64,000 nucleotides of DNA from a virus. Below are positions 40,103 to 49,731 of the stretch, piece by piece. The translations under genes and the position numbers were made by a program. The notes below the pieces were generated by a model that was given only the letters and a program-made list of their open reading frames with translations, was not told where the DNA came from and did not search any database. Each line of letters opens with the position of its first letter. The stretch's first letter is position 1. The stretch covers positions 32,001-96,000 of the IMG/VR virus record IMGVR_UViG_3300027985_000891, one strand, 5' to 3'.

Positions 40103-40614
40103 GTCCGCTTTTCGCGCGACGACCTCTGAGCACCTCCTCTAAGAACCGATTTGTTCATTTTGTCGATCATGTTTTTCCGGACCTTATCCAGGCCATCCCA
40201 GATCTTTGGCAGCTTATCCATAATACGGATATACTTAGAGAGATCTGAATCGTCGTCACTAATCGTGAGCGTCCGGAGTATTTCAGTAAGCTGATCGAGC
40301 TTCTCTATTTGTATGTTGTAAAGAAATTCCTCTTTCTCCATACAATACTTACCATAGGTTTTTCCCAGAGCGGTGAACTGTTCCTCATCGAACTCTGGCC
40401 AATAATTGGTCTTAACCTCTAGTAACTTATCTTTACGCGGCATCCGGAAGATCTTGGACTTAGGATCCTCTATCATATAGAGTGACCACATAATCTTACT
40501 GGCTTCTTCTTTTCCTCGCGTATCTATTAATGCCTTGAACTCACTGATGTATTTGAGTTCAGGATTCTGTTTGAAAAAATCTTGATCGGGATCCCCTGTT
40601 ACAAATGCACTCAT
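40099..40614 (-). CDS. conserved protein upstream of terL (possible terminase small subunit)
   Basis: 171 aa, helical, ends LRGGAQRSSRE; overlaps the terL start. Confidence 0.45.
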   Translation of the reverse strand: MSAFVTGDPDQDFFKQNPELKYISEFKALIDTRGKEEASKIMWSLYMIEDPKSKIFRMPRKDKLLEVKTNYWPEFDEEQFTALGKTYGKYCMEKEEFLYNIQIEKLDQLTEILRTLTISDDDSDLSKYIRIMDKLPKIWDGLDKVRKNMIDKMNKSVLRGGAQRSSREKRT

Positions 40615-40615
40615 C

Positions 40616-40915
40616 TTATACCCGTTTTAGGCAAGGATCATTATCTGGACATGTTTCTTTACAGCAACAGAAGTCCGTACTACTATCCTTACAGTTAATT
40701 TTTACTACCTTGTTAGGCTTAGTGCTCGTCAGACCCCAGCAGGGAGGACGGCATGGTACACAATCGTAAGTGTATTTCTTTAAAGGCATATTCGTTACAT
40801 GAGCACAGCAGTTCCCTACTTTCCCACAGATTTCGTACACCTCCGGATACTCTAATGGTACTCGCTTTAATGGGTTCCGCTGTGCCTTGTATATATGAAT
40901 AGTCATGTCTAACAC
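40616..40915 (-). CDS. Cys-rich hypothetical protein
   Basis: 99-aa ORF co-oriented with and abutting the next gene. Confidence 0.45.
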   Translation of the reverse strand: MLDMTIHIYKAQRNPLKRVPLEYPEVYEICGKVGNCCAHVTNMPLKKYTYDCVPCRPPCWGLTSTKPNKVVKINCKDSSTDFCCCKETCPDNDPCLKRV

Positions 40916-41069
40916 GTTTTAAAAAATGCAACTAGCAACATAAGCCCCAGGGTAATGAGGTAGCTAATTGTCATGTCTCTTCTTTCTTTTTTCCTGCTCA
41001 TACACCGTTATTAAAGATGCAATGACTGCTACAGTCCATGCAATACATGCAAAAACTGCCACTGCTATT

Positions 41070-41576
41070 TTATACCCTTCCATAAAGCAACGTCATCTCT
41101 TGTTGTAATTGTAAGGACGATAATGCTTCCCACTCTTTATCACTTATTACACAGGATAGTTTTGACGATTTAAGACTCTCTAATATTTTTCTAGTTATGT
41201 CATCTTTTATGGCCTCATTGTATTGTAGTGTATGCTCTGCTGACAATACTTGACCAGGCAGTATGTTACCTTTTAGACCAGGAATCCGATCATACCATAT
41301 CTCATTTATATACTCTACCATCATATCGATACTATCTTTTTTACCAAATATCTTATGAGTAACTTTTTCCAAAGAATTTGGAAGAGGATAGGGTATTGAA
41401 TCATCACCAGTAAACTCCATAAACCCGGGACCCTTTTTTCTAAAAGATCTCTTTAGGCCATCCAATATTTTATCGAACAGTGGTCGAACGCTTCGGATGT
41501 GATATACCGGTGACGTCGTCCCGTCCTGATACGTCATAACTATCCCCATGTTGTATGTATCTCCTCTTAAGCTCAT
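41070..41576 (-). CDS. protein containing a fragment homologous to the major capsid protein
   Basis: KKGPGFMEFTGDDSIPYP...SIDMMVEYINEIWYDRIP aligns with MCP RIGPGLLEFLEDGNVIPYP...SIDMFVDYLQSIWFDRVP. Confidence 0.7.
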   Translation of the reverse strand: MSLRGDTYNMGIVMTYQDGTTSPVYHIRSVRPLFDKILDGLKRSFRKKGPGFMEFTGDDSIPYPLPNSLEKVTHKIFGKKDSIDMMVEYINEIWYDRIPGLKGNILPGQVLSAEHTLQYNEAIKDDITRKILESLKSSKLSCVISDKEWEALSSLQLQQEMTLLYGRV

Positions 41577-41816
41577 TTAATATCTTTTGATCTATTTTAT
41601 AAAGTCTTACTAGTCTCCAGTCCGGCCACCCTCTAGGAGGTGGAGCTGAACTACTCGGTAGAGGTGTTTCCTCTATTAAATATCTATGGTTCAATAAATG
41701 CTATTTTAGAGCGTCTCATTATATCCATCCATTCCTGATACGTATAACTCTCCGGTTTACTATGATTACCTATAACATTGATAATCACCGTTTCCTGTAA
41801 ATATTCCTTTATTTTA

Positions 41817-42182
41817 TTACCTAAGTCTTCTCGCCACATAATGAAAATGATCATACATGGGTTTAGCATATTCTTCTATAACTATTTGTCGACCGTTACA
41901 CTGTAATACATCTCCAGGATTAAACCAGTCAACATCCAGTCTAAGATTGAATACACTACCATTGATTCCTTGCAATGCTTCAAAAATCTTATTGATGACA
42001 TCGTCTTTATAATCAACTCTTCTTGGTACATAGTCATCCTCAATCGCACTGTATATCTTACGATACTCATTCCCTCTGTCATCTTTTGCCACTGCACCGC
42101 CTCTTAGTTTCCAGTGTACATAATCTTTATCTACTGGAGGCTCATATGATCCTTTTATGTAATTATACAATGGTGCTTTCAT
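41817..42182 (-). CDS. truncated paralog of the MCP N-terminal region
   Basis: DKDYVHWKLRG and GINGSVFNLRLDVDWFNPGDVL align with MCP DTDWIRWRLRG and GVQGTEFNIKLDVEWFVEGDIL; start placed at the ATGA overlap. Confidence 0.7.
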   Translation of the reverse strand: MKAPLYNYIKGSYEPPVDKDYVHWKLRGGAVAKDDRGNEYRKIYSAIEDDYVPRRVDYKDDVINKIFEALQGINGSVFNLRLDVDWFNPGDVLQCNGRQIVIEEYAKPMYDHFHYVARRLR

Positions 42183-42394
42183 ACACATTGTCCATTTATA
42201 CATCGCTCACCTGGTTGACAATACGCATCGGTGTAACAACGTCTGGTTCTGTTTAATCCTGCTACTACTTTATTGGCTACTGCTTGAGGAGCTAAACTAA
42301 TAGCATTTGCTTTTTCTCTTGCCTGTGCAATGAACGCTTCCTGTTGCTGCACAGACTGTTGTGTTACTTGTTTTTTACCACATCCACATCCCAT
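42179..42394 (-). CDS. small Cys-rich protein
   Basis: MGCGCGKK N-terminus and CYTDAYCQPGERCINGQC C-terminus. Confidence 0.6.
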   Translation of the reverse strand: MGCGCGKKQVTQQSVQQQEAFIAQAREKANAISLAPQAVANKVVAGLNRTRRCYTDAYCQPGERCINGQCV

Positions 42395-42406
42395 AACTTT
42401 GGATTT

Positions 42407-42439
42407 AAAAGAAGAGGGAGCCCTTCGACTCCTCTCTCC
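42407..42439 (-). terminator. probable intrinsic terminator
   Basis: Minus strand GGAGTC-GAAG-GGCTCC stem followed by CTCTTCTTTT. Confidence 0.45.
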
Positions 42440-42454
42440 GCTAATGAAAGAATG

Positions 42455-42859
42455 TTATCCTAATGTCAATATGTTTTCTCCATGCACCTGCGGCTTAAGT
42501 AAAGCATAACCAATAAAGGTTATTTTTAACTTGGCCTTGTCAGGATTCAGAATCTGCTTATTGTTCTCATCGAGGATCCAAAGATCCAATCCATCTTTCA
42601 AATACACCCATATACCTTTGGTAATAGGCATCTTTCCACTCGGGTACCATTGATCCTTTTGATCCTGGCTAAGCTTTTCCGCATCACTTTCTGTGAATTC
42701 TGCAATGAACTGCTGACCTTCCTTACGAATCTCAGCGGTACATCCGCAATCCGGTTGCCAGTGAATAATATCTTCCGGATCACCTAATATTTCCCAGGAT
42801 ACTTGTACTTTTTGACCTGGAAGTATATTTCCTATGTCTGCCAAATCACTTTTAAACAT
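42455..42859 (-). CDS. DUF1573-like Ig-fold protein
   Basis: DIGNI...QPDCGCTA motif resembles the xCGCT signature of Bacteroidota DUF1573. Confidence 0.5.
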   Translation of the reverse strand: MFKSDLADIGNILPGQKVQVSWEILGDPEDIIHWQPDCGCTAEIRKEGQQFIAEFTESDAEKLSQDQKDQWYPSGKMPITKGIWVYLKDGLDLWILDENNKQILNPDKAKLKITFIGYALLKPQVHGENILTLG

Positions 42860-43193
42860 GCTTTTTATTTTTTGTTAATTGAAATCCTATACCTTCATGC
42901 TCTTTAAACTTGTTCCAGCGATCTTTGGATTGTATGGGACCCCACTTAAGAGCAGGACACAAGTCAGTACGAACATGAGCCCTTGCCGGCATCTTACATT
43001 TACAGTCACTATGCTGACATTCACCAGCTTTCATACAATCACTGCAAGTTAAATAGCGATACATAAACTGCTCTATTTCATGCACTTCGGGTGTCCAATC
43101 GCTCTGATCCAGTCTTTTCAAAATTGATCTCAATATCCAGATCATAAAGCTTCTCCATCGAGAAGGCATAAAATAATACTTTAGTTTAGTCAT
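42852..43193 (-). CDS. putative zinc-binding protein
   Basis: RYLTCSDC...CQHSDCKC...CPALKW pattern. Confidence 0.55.
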   Translation of the reverse strand: MTKLKYYFMPSRWRSFMIWILRSILKRLDQSDWTPEVHEIEQFMYRYLTCSDCMKAGECQHSDCKCKMPARAHVRTDLCPALKWGPIQSKDRWNKFKEHEGIGFQLTKNKKHV

Positions 43194-43716
43194 TGTACTT
43201 TGTCAAAATATACCGTTGGTTCAACAAAAAGGTAAAAGCATCTTCGGCCTCAAGCTTTTCTTTAAACTTGTTACCAACAAATACATCACCTTTCCAATTA
43301 GCAACTACACCTCGAAATGCTTCAGGAGGTGCCATTTTATCTTTTAATCCGGGCTTCTCCAGAGTCAATGCCTGAAAATCTACCCATTCCTTATTCAATT
43401 CCGATGCAGCAATATGATCCATTACGGTAACCAAGTCTCCTGGTTTTAATTTGTCCCATGGATCATTTACCCCATTTCCTACTGCCATTACTTTACCTAT
43501 GGGAAAGAGCTGCGATTCACGTTCGGATTGCAATGTTTTCTCTGAATCAAATCCTACATAAAGAGGAGTGTTTCTTTTTTCTGATCGATCTGCATCATAA
43601 TAATACAGTCTTACTAATATCTTATCTCCTAAAATCTCATACTTACTGAAGTCCTCCGGCACCGGTAAATTTCTCCAGTGATGGAAGTCTGCTGCTATCT
43701 TCTCCTGTTTATTCAT
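43186..43716 (-). CDS. GroES-like co-chaperonin with insertions
   Basis: LGDKILVR, GKVMAVGNG, LKPGDLV and LLNQRYIL follow the GroES core. Confidence 0.65.
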   Translation of the reverse strand: MNKQEKIAADFHHWRNLPVPEDFSKYEILGDKILVRLYYYDADRSEKRNTPLYVGFDSEKTLQSERESQLFPIGKVMAVGNGVNDPWDKLKPGDLVTVMDHIAASELNKEWVDFQALTLEKPGLKDKMAPPEAFRGVVANWKGDVFVGNKFKEKLEAEDAFTFLLNQRYILTKYND

Positions 43717-43891
43717 TTGTTACACCTAAAGTTTTATTAATAAATTTTTTCAAGTTTCTGATATCACTTATGTTATCTAGTGAATCCCGGACTATACCCT
43801 GATCTCCTCCTTTTTTATCCGGCTTGATCCGACCCTCTTGAAGGATCTCTAGGTACTTAAATGCCAGTTTCAGTTTAACCTCATTCTCCAT
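43709..43891 (-). CDS. hypothetical protein
   Basis: 60 aa; overlaps both neighbours by 8-11 nt. Confidence 0.5.
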   Translation of the reverse strand: MENEVKLKLAFKYLEILQEGRIKPDKKGGDQGIVRDSLDNISDIRNLKKFINKTLGVTNE

Positions 43892-44102
43892 TTGCTTGCT
43901 GTTTTAATTGTTCAATATCGACAATCGTAGGCACAACATATCTTTCACCTTTGTATCGGTACGTTAGTTCACCCTTTAGGAAAGCGGCCAAGGCTTTTCT
44001 TGCCATTGTTCTTTGGTTCAAGTTTGTCACCCGGTTGCCCTCCTTGTTCAGCTCGTACTTTGGTATAGTGCTGTAATCTTTTTGACCTACGAATTTCTTC
44101 AT
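43881..44102 (-). CDS. hypothetical protein
   Basis: 73 aa basic ORF; overlaps the 3' part of the HU-like gene. Confidence 0.45.
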   Translation of the reverse strand: MKKFVGQKDYSTIPKYELNKEGNRVTNLNQRTMARKALAAFLKGELTYRYKGERYVVPTIVDIEQLKQQANGE

Positions 44103-44379
44103 CTTCTCTTCTTTTTATGATTTTTCGATATCGCTCTATTAACTCAGGATCTTCAATATCATTCTTCTTTAACCGTTCAATCTCCCGGTCCAGTGTTCCC
44201 AACTTAACCATGAATGTACCAAAACCTTTCCATAGAATTTTGGGCATATCTGGGAGTTTCATCTTTTCTCTGGTAGACTTAAAAAGCGTATCTACCATCA
44301 GGTTTACATCTTGATATGGAATATCCATTTCTTCCGATATCTTCTTGACGGTCCTAATTATTACAGTTGTACTATCCAT
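43969..44379 (-). CDS. HU/IHF-like DNA-binding protein
   Basis: Helical N-terminus then KILWKGFGTFMVK (GFGxF signature). Confidence 0.65.
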   Translation of the reverse strand: MDSTTVIIRTVKKISEEMDIPYQDVNLMVDTLFKSTREKMKLPDMPKILWKGFGTFMVKLGTLDREIERLKKNDIEDPELIERYRKIIKRREDEEIRRSKRLQHYTKVRAEQGGQPGDKLEPKNNGKKSLGRFPKG

Positions 44380-44738
44380 TAGAAGTTTACTATTGTTTTG
44401 AACTGAAAGTTAAGTTTTTTCGGTATAGCTGAAAGTTTTAACCCATCTGGCAACACTAGCCTCTTCTCCTTTGTTTGAATCAAAAGACCTATGCTCTTCA
44501 ACTTGCCCCGATAGGTATACACCTCATCTTTAACTTTAAACTTCATTCGATCCGATAGCTCTTCTACAGCATCAGGACTATCCAGTTCCCATCCATCATT
44601 ATACATCAACATACTTTCTACCAGGAACTCTTTAACCCTCTTTTTCGCTCTAATCTTTTCCGGAACATTCAATAATTGGAACACATCCACGTAAAAGTTA
44701 ACGAAAGCTTTCTTGTCGTTAAAAACAAACTCACGCAT
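44379..44738 (-). CDS. putative winged-helix DNA-binding protein
   Basis: Start placed at MREFVF (44738); EELSDRM...VYTYRGKLKSIGLL is HTH-like. Confidence 0.5.
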   Translation of the reverse strand: MREFVFNDKKAFVNFYVDVFQLLNVPEKIRAKKRVKEFLVESMLMYNDGWELDSPDAVEELSDRMKFKVKDEVYTYRGKLKSIGLLIQTKEKRLVLPDGLKLSAIPKKLNFQFKTIVNF

Positions 44739-44834
44739 AGCAAATATATTTTTTCTATACCGTAAATATAGGTAGTTAGACAAATCTATAAAAATATTAT
44801 AGGATATTAATTTTACTTCGCTTATATTTGTAAC
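44739..44834. promoter_or_regulatory. divergent promoter region with two Bacteroidota-type -7 elements
   Basis: TATATTTG (TAnnTTTG) on + at 44823-44830, 4 nt before ATG 44835, and on - at 44741-44748, 2 nt before ATG 44738; this is the strand switch. No clear -33 element. Confidence 0.6.
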
Positions 44835-45650
44835 ATGTTGTTCTTCAAAGATTCCACACACACATACTATAATGTCAACGGCGTATACACTTCAGTAACC
44901 GCCTTAATCGAACGATACAAGCAACCTTTTGAAGAAGACTTCTGGGCTACATACAAGGCCTTAGAACGACTAATAGGTGCCGAAGAGTTCAGAGATCTAC
45001 GAAGACACCGTGATTGGAAATCTCCAGCCTTTATTGAATGGGCATGCCTCTTTGTAGATCAACCTTTGCTTTTATCCACTATTAGTGAAATCAAAGCTGA
45101 ATGGAGAGAAGAAAAGAATGTTGCTGCTGACCGGGGTACACACTATCACTCGGTTAAAGAGAAACAAGCATTGGCTAGTGGAAAAGCCATTAATCCCTTT
45201 GATGATAAGTTCTACGTTACGATCAAACCAACAAAGGCCCCAGGGAAGGACAAGGAGTCTATTCCGTCATTGGCTTCTCTTCTCGACGGTTATCACCCGG
45301 AACTTATCCTGTTCAATCACCGATTTAAGATTGCCGGCACTGCTGATAAAGTCTTTATTGAAACAATCGACGGTATTCGCTATATAGACATTGACGACTT
45401 CAAGACCAACAAAACAATTAAGAAGACCAACTCGTTTCAAAAGATGAGACCTCCTCTGGACAAATTGGATGATTGCAACTACAATCACTATCGTCTCCAG
45501 ATCTGCATCTATGCCTGGATGTTGGAGCAAGAAGGATATAAGGTACGAAATACTTCCTTTACCCATCTGAATGAGGTCTATAAAATTTCATACGGACATA
45601 CTCGAAAGTATATCGAGCCTATGCTCAATCACTTTTATCAAAATCAATAA
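44835..45650 (+). CDS. PD-(D/E)XK nuclease (crAss-conserved, lambda-exonuclease/Cas4-like fold)
   Basis: SVTALI, RGTHYH, IAGTAD, IDDFKTN and YRLQICIYA motifs; lacks the four Cas4 Fe-S cysteines. Confidence 0.85.
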   Translation: MLFFKDSTHTYYNVNGVYTSVTALIERYKQPFEEDFWATYKALERLIGAEEFRDLRRHRDWKSPAFIEWACLFVDQPLLLSTISEIKAEWREEKNVAADRGTHYHSVKEKQALASGKAINPFDDKFYVTIKPTKAPGKDKESIPSLASLLDGYHPELILFNHRFKIAGTADKVFIETIDGIRYIDIDDFKTNKTIKKTNSFQKMRPPLDKLDDCNYNHYRLQICIYAWMLEQEGYKVRNTSFTHLNEVYKISYGHTRKYIEPMLNHFYQNQ

Positions 45651-45652
45651 TC

Positions 45653-45925
45653 ATGAGAATATCCACACCAGAAGGTATTGAACTTGACGGTCTTGGTCTA
45701 AACGACTATGCCATTAAGATTGATCACACCAACAAGACTCTCGAATGGAGAGAGAATGAGACTACCAACAAGCTATCCTATGTACAAAAGTTACAAATGG
45801 AAGAAGCAGCAGAAAAGAAGTATCCCGGATACAACTGGATGCGAGAGTACAAAAAAGGAGATGTAACCGTTTGGGCTTCCAGTCAAGAAGAAGCCAACAA
45901 CGTATTCAAGCAAATGAATGTATAA
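45653..45925 (+). CDS. hypothetical protein
   Basis: 90-aa ORF coupled to neighbours. Confidence 0.55.
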   Translation: MRISTPEGIELDGLGLNDYAIKIDHTNKTLEWRENETTNKLSYVQKLQMEEAAEKKYPGYNWMREYKKGDVTVWASSQEEANNVFKQMNV

Positions 45926-46568
45926 AGTAGAGCAAAAAATATACCTATTATTCTATCATGATCGCACCATGATGACTAACCATTGGGAAACGGTGCGAAA
46001 GAACTTAACTTTGGAGAAAGCAAGAACTATTGTGAAGCGAAAACGAAAGGATCATCGTTATGTAGTCAAGGATTTCGGTGGCCGTATGGAGGTTACACTC
46101 TATCGTTATCGTATCACTATGATGGTATTCTTAATGGTATTTAGTTTTGGATGCCTGATTGGTCAAAGTCGGCTCTTGACAGGGATGACCGCTTTTCTTA
46201 GTGGTGCAGCCGATGGCGTCAATCAGGCACTTTTGTTTCATTACGATGAAGTACAAAGAGTACATCCTAACATTAAAGATCAATGGTGGGATCCCGATAT
46301 TTCCTGGAAGAACAAATATAAAGACTGGGATGAGGGAGATACTCGTGCAAGATTCCCTTTATCTAAAACAGCTTTCGTATCTTTAACAGACGGTTACCAC
46401 TTAACCCGAATGCTGAGTAATAAGTTACTAGGAACAGCAATAACCTACAATTTTTCCGGACCTCACAGAGACAAATGGTACATGTATGTCGTAGAAACAT
46501 TAGCCATTTTTGCTGTGCGCTCGTTAGGATTTCACTTAACCTATACATTAGTCTATGGCCGCAATTAA
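45918..46568 (+). CDS. membrane protein
   Basis: Hydrophobic segments with WWDPDISWKNKY and VSLTDGYHL motifs; true start may be internal. Confidence 0.55.
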   Translation: MYKVEQKIYLLFYHDRTMMTNHWETVRKNLTLEKARTIVKRKRKDHRYVVKDFGGRMEVTLYRYRITMMVFLMVFSFGCLIGQSRLLTGMTAFLSGAADGVNQALLFHYDEVQRVHPNIKDQWWDPDISWKNKYKDWDEGDTRARFPLSKTAFVSLTDGYHLTRMLSNKLLGTAITYNFSGPHRDKWYMYVVETLAIFAVRSLGFHLTYTLVYGRN

Positions 46569-46784
46569 AAGAGAATGGCACTATGAAGTGTTTAATACCT
46601 GCGATGACTTCGAAACCTGGCAGGCTGATTGTGCTTATGAGCGTAACATACAAACCATTCAGGTCATGGATCAATGCGAATGTGGTTCTGGTGGTGCACA
46701 AAAAGTAATGGTAACATGGTGGGTCACTCCTCCTGGGTCTTGTGATCACGAAGGTGGAATGCCCAGCTCAATGGCTCCTCCATC

Positions 46785-47168
46785 ATGATCGATATTACAG
46801 GTGTCATGCGATATATGTTACCTTCATGTATCAAAGGTACAGACGGAATTATTTGCTTCGATTCTGTGTATAAAACACATAAACATTTCCCGGACGAACG
46901 TTTATTTGAACATCCTCTTAAACCTTTAGTGTCCTATTCTTTTATCGAATTCGACATGGGAATGGGCTCTGATATAAAAACTAAAATGATTGACTTAACG
47001 AATATCATGAAAAGCTATCTGAGACAGAAGCTTAAACAGGTTGACACTGACATGTATGGCATGGAGTGTGTTGACGGAAAATGTGTACCGGTATGTAATT
47101 GTTTGGAAGACTGTCCAGAAGGACAAGAATGTGACTATAAAGAAGGAATATGTGTACCCGCGATTTAA
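46785..47168 (+). CDS. hypothetical protein with C-terminal Cys-rich repeat
   Basis: Ends ECVDGKCVPVCNCLEDCPEGQECDYKEGICVP, like the repeats of the 1938-aa protein. Confidence 0.55.
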   Translation: MIDITGVMRYMLPSCIKGTDGIICFDSVYKTHKHFPDERLFEHPLKPLVSYSFIEFDMGMGSDIKTKMIDLTNIMKSYLRQKLKQVDTDMYGMECVDGKCVPVCNCLEDCPEGQECDYKEGICVPAI

Positions 47169-47348
47169 ATAACGTTCTTAAAGAAGCAATTAAGAAACAG
47201 GTATTTCCCCGGGGAATGCGTGTAATTGCAGAAAGAGTATCCAATGATGTGGTTTACGCATACAAGTTGACCGATATCATCAGCAAAAGAGTGATTGAAG
47301 CTCTATCAGAGAGAAACAGATTGTATGTCAATGTAGAGCCAGCGAGTT

Positions 47349-47933
47349 ATGACTATAAGCAAACTGCTTATTATCCTCTTACTGATCTTGCCATTAAATA
47401 CTATGGTGGGCCAAGCTTACCAGGAACTAGTTAAGTTTAGAGACGGATGGATTTACGAACCTGAATTCGATTATACAGTATGTCCTTGGCAAACTTTTCG
47501 ATTACAACCTTACTTGAGTTTACAAATAGATCTGGTCGCCGATCAGCAAGCTTTAGAAGTTCTTCAAGTAGAACCCTGGCTTTTTATGATTGATCTACTG
47601 GACATTTACCATGGACACCCTTTTAGTTTTGACAGACTGGAATTAATTAGAAGGTGGAGTGAAGCTCCAAAAAAGTACACAGTACACATTCCCGGATTAC
47701 CGGTACCTTATGACGAATACTTTAGACTTGTGTCACCTTCTAAAGCATTAGACATAACCAAAAACGGAACCGGAGGATGGTACTACGAAAACAGTGGGGG
47801 GAAACTAGCATTGGCTATCAAGCAGCTTGGGCCAGCTTCCTATCAGATAAGCGCTGCATTATTTATGGAAGCAAAATCATTGCAGACCCAGGCTATAGTT
47901 ACGCTAAAGAGTTTCATGTTGACATTCCCCTAG
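47349..47933 (+). CDS. putative exported protein
   Basis: MTISKLLIILLLILPLNTMVG-Q signal-like N-terminus. Confidence 0.55.
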   Translation: MTISKLLIILLLILPLNTMVGQAYQELVKFRDGWIYEPEFDYTVCPWQTFRLQPYLSLQIDLVADQQALEVLQVEPWLFMIDLLDIYHGHPFSFDRLELIRRWSEAPKKYTVHIPGLPVPYDEYFRLVSPSKALDITKNGTGGWYYENSGGKLALAIKQLGPASYQISAALFMEAKSLQTQAIVTLKSFMLTFP

Positions 47934-49731
47934 AAGGATACATACGATTATTTGAAAAACTTGCACCACGCGATGACATCAGCTTTAATCATGTCGCACA
48001 TTTCATTGACGCCTTATGCTATGATATTTCACATATATTTCCAAGCGTTCCATATCATAATCAATGAGTATGATAACAAAGAGCTGGAAGAGAGTATTTC
48101 TTCTTTGTATTTTGTATTTTTATTCGGATGACCATGTTTCCATACGACAGATATTATCACTACTACACTTTGATAGACAATCTATTCAATCCTCATGGCG
48201 AGGACGGATTTAACTTCATTGAACGTATCAATATGCTCTTCAATGGCGATGAAAGAGGTATAAAGTGCGTCCTGATGATTTACTATTTACATATCGATAT
48301 TCGTAAAGCTTATGAACAAGCATATGCACGTCAAGTACAGTTTGCAAGAAAGGAAAGATTTCTCAATACCCTCTACAACAGTGTCTCTGATTCTATACAA
48401 TACATTGTTTAATAACATGCAAAATGAAATAGGAGACTACTTGGGACAAATGACACCTTTGTATCATGAAGATATCTGGGATGATGCTTATTTAAAAATA
48501 GATACCTTATGTATTGACTTCAAAAACTATCTACAGAAACCTGTTAGTTTTAAAGATCACTGCGTGAGTGTTTACCAAAAAATGTTTAAATGATAGGATA
48601 TAAAAAAACCATGTACTGGTATTCCCGTATACTGGATATGTCAGCCTTTTACGACAAAAACTTTAGATATATCAAAGAATTAGATAGTTTAAGATACATT
48701 ATTGGAAATGGTCTCAGATACTTTTACTAGATACCCCAGGGAGAGGCTTGCACTGTACCTTTGCCTATTTCAAACCTTAGCTACATACGATGACATTGAT
48801 TCACTTGCTTACACCATTATCGTAGAACTAAATGAGATCTATGGATTCGAATATAACTATAAGCCCGTCGTCTTCTGGAGAGGTGAAAGGGATATCACGG
48901 ATGAGATCACAAGGCAAGCTCGAACCGGTATTCCATTCATACGTTAGAATATTCAGTATATGCGAACGAATCCTACGATTTCATTACGATCAGAAGAGCT
49001 TCAGTCCAGTAACACTGATTCAAGTAGATTTTCTTCTACTGGAGGACCAGATTTTGCGTTTTACATGAAAACTTATTATAAGATCGCAGATGTATTCCTT
49101 TACACTCCACTAGGCATTCATGACGTATTAAGAAACTTTATTCAAACTTTATATGCAGCTAAAAAACTATCAAGAACTACTACAGATCATGTGTAGCATA
49201 CAAAATCAAACTACCTTCATTCTTAAGAGTCTCTATCCGGAAATGAATAACCTTAGACTGGTAATTTTTTATCATAAACATTTGGAATGGAATACATGAA
49301 ACAATACATACCACTCTTCGGTTTTATGAGAACAGCTTTCCTTAGTGAAGACAGAATTCTAACAAACCGTCTTGTTGTACTCACACTTCATCTTCAAAAT
49401 CAACCACCATGGCGAACCTTATCGAGGTTAGACGCTTTAAAAGATATCAATCCGTCTTTCACATAATACGAAAAATAGCCTTTCATAAAGAACTATTCAC
49501 ATTAAGCAGTGAACTGTATTATCTACAATAGCCCTATACGCTACCTACCCTAGGATATATTTCCAGATCGATATGCCGGCATTATTTTGGGTACACTCAT
49601 TTAAGTCCCCCCCTTTATATGGATGTTAGTTCCTCTATATATGGATGTTAAGTTTAGTACCCTCTAATGCATGACCCCTTCAAAGTTATCCCCCCCTTCG
49701 TTGATTACTAACTTTCCTAAATTTATACATT

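Noticed and set aside
44835-45650. Cas4 partner of the RAMP gene
   Set aside because: No Fe-S cysteine set, 9 kb away, and it is a routine crAss-like gene at the strand switch.
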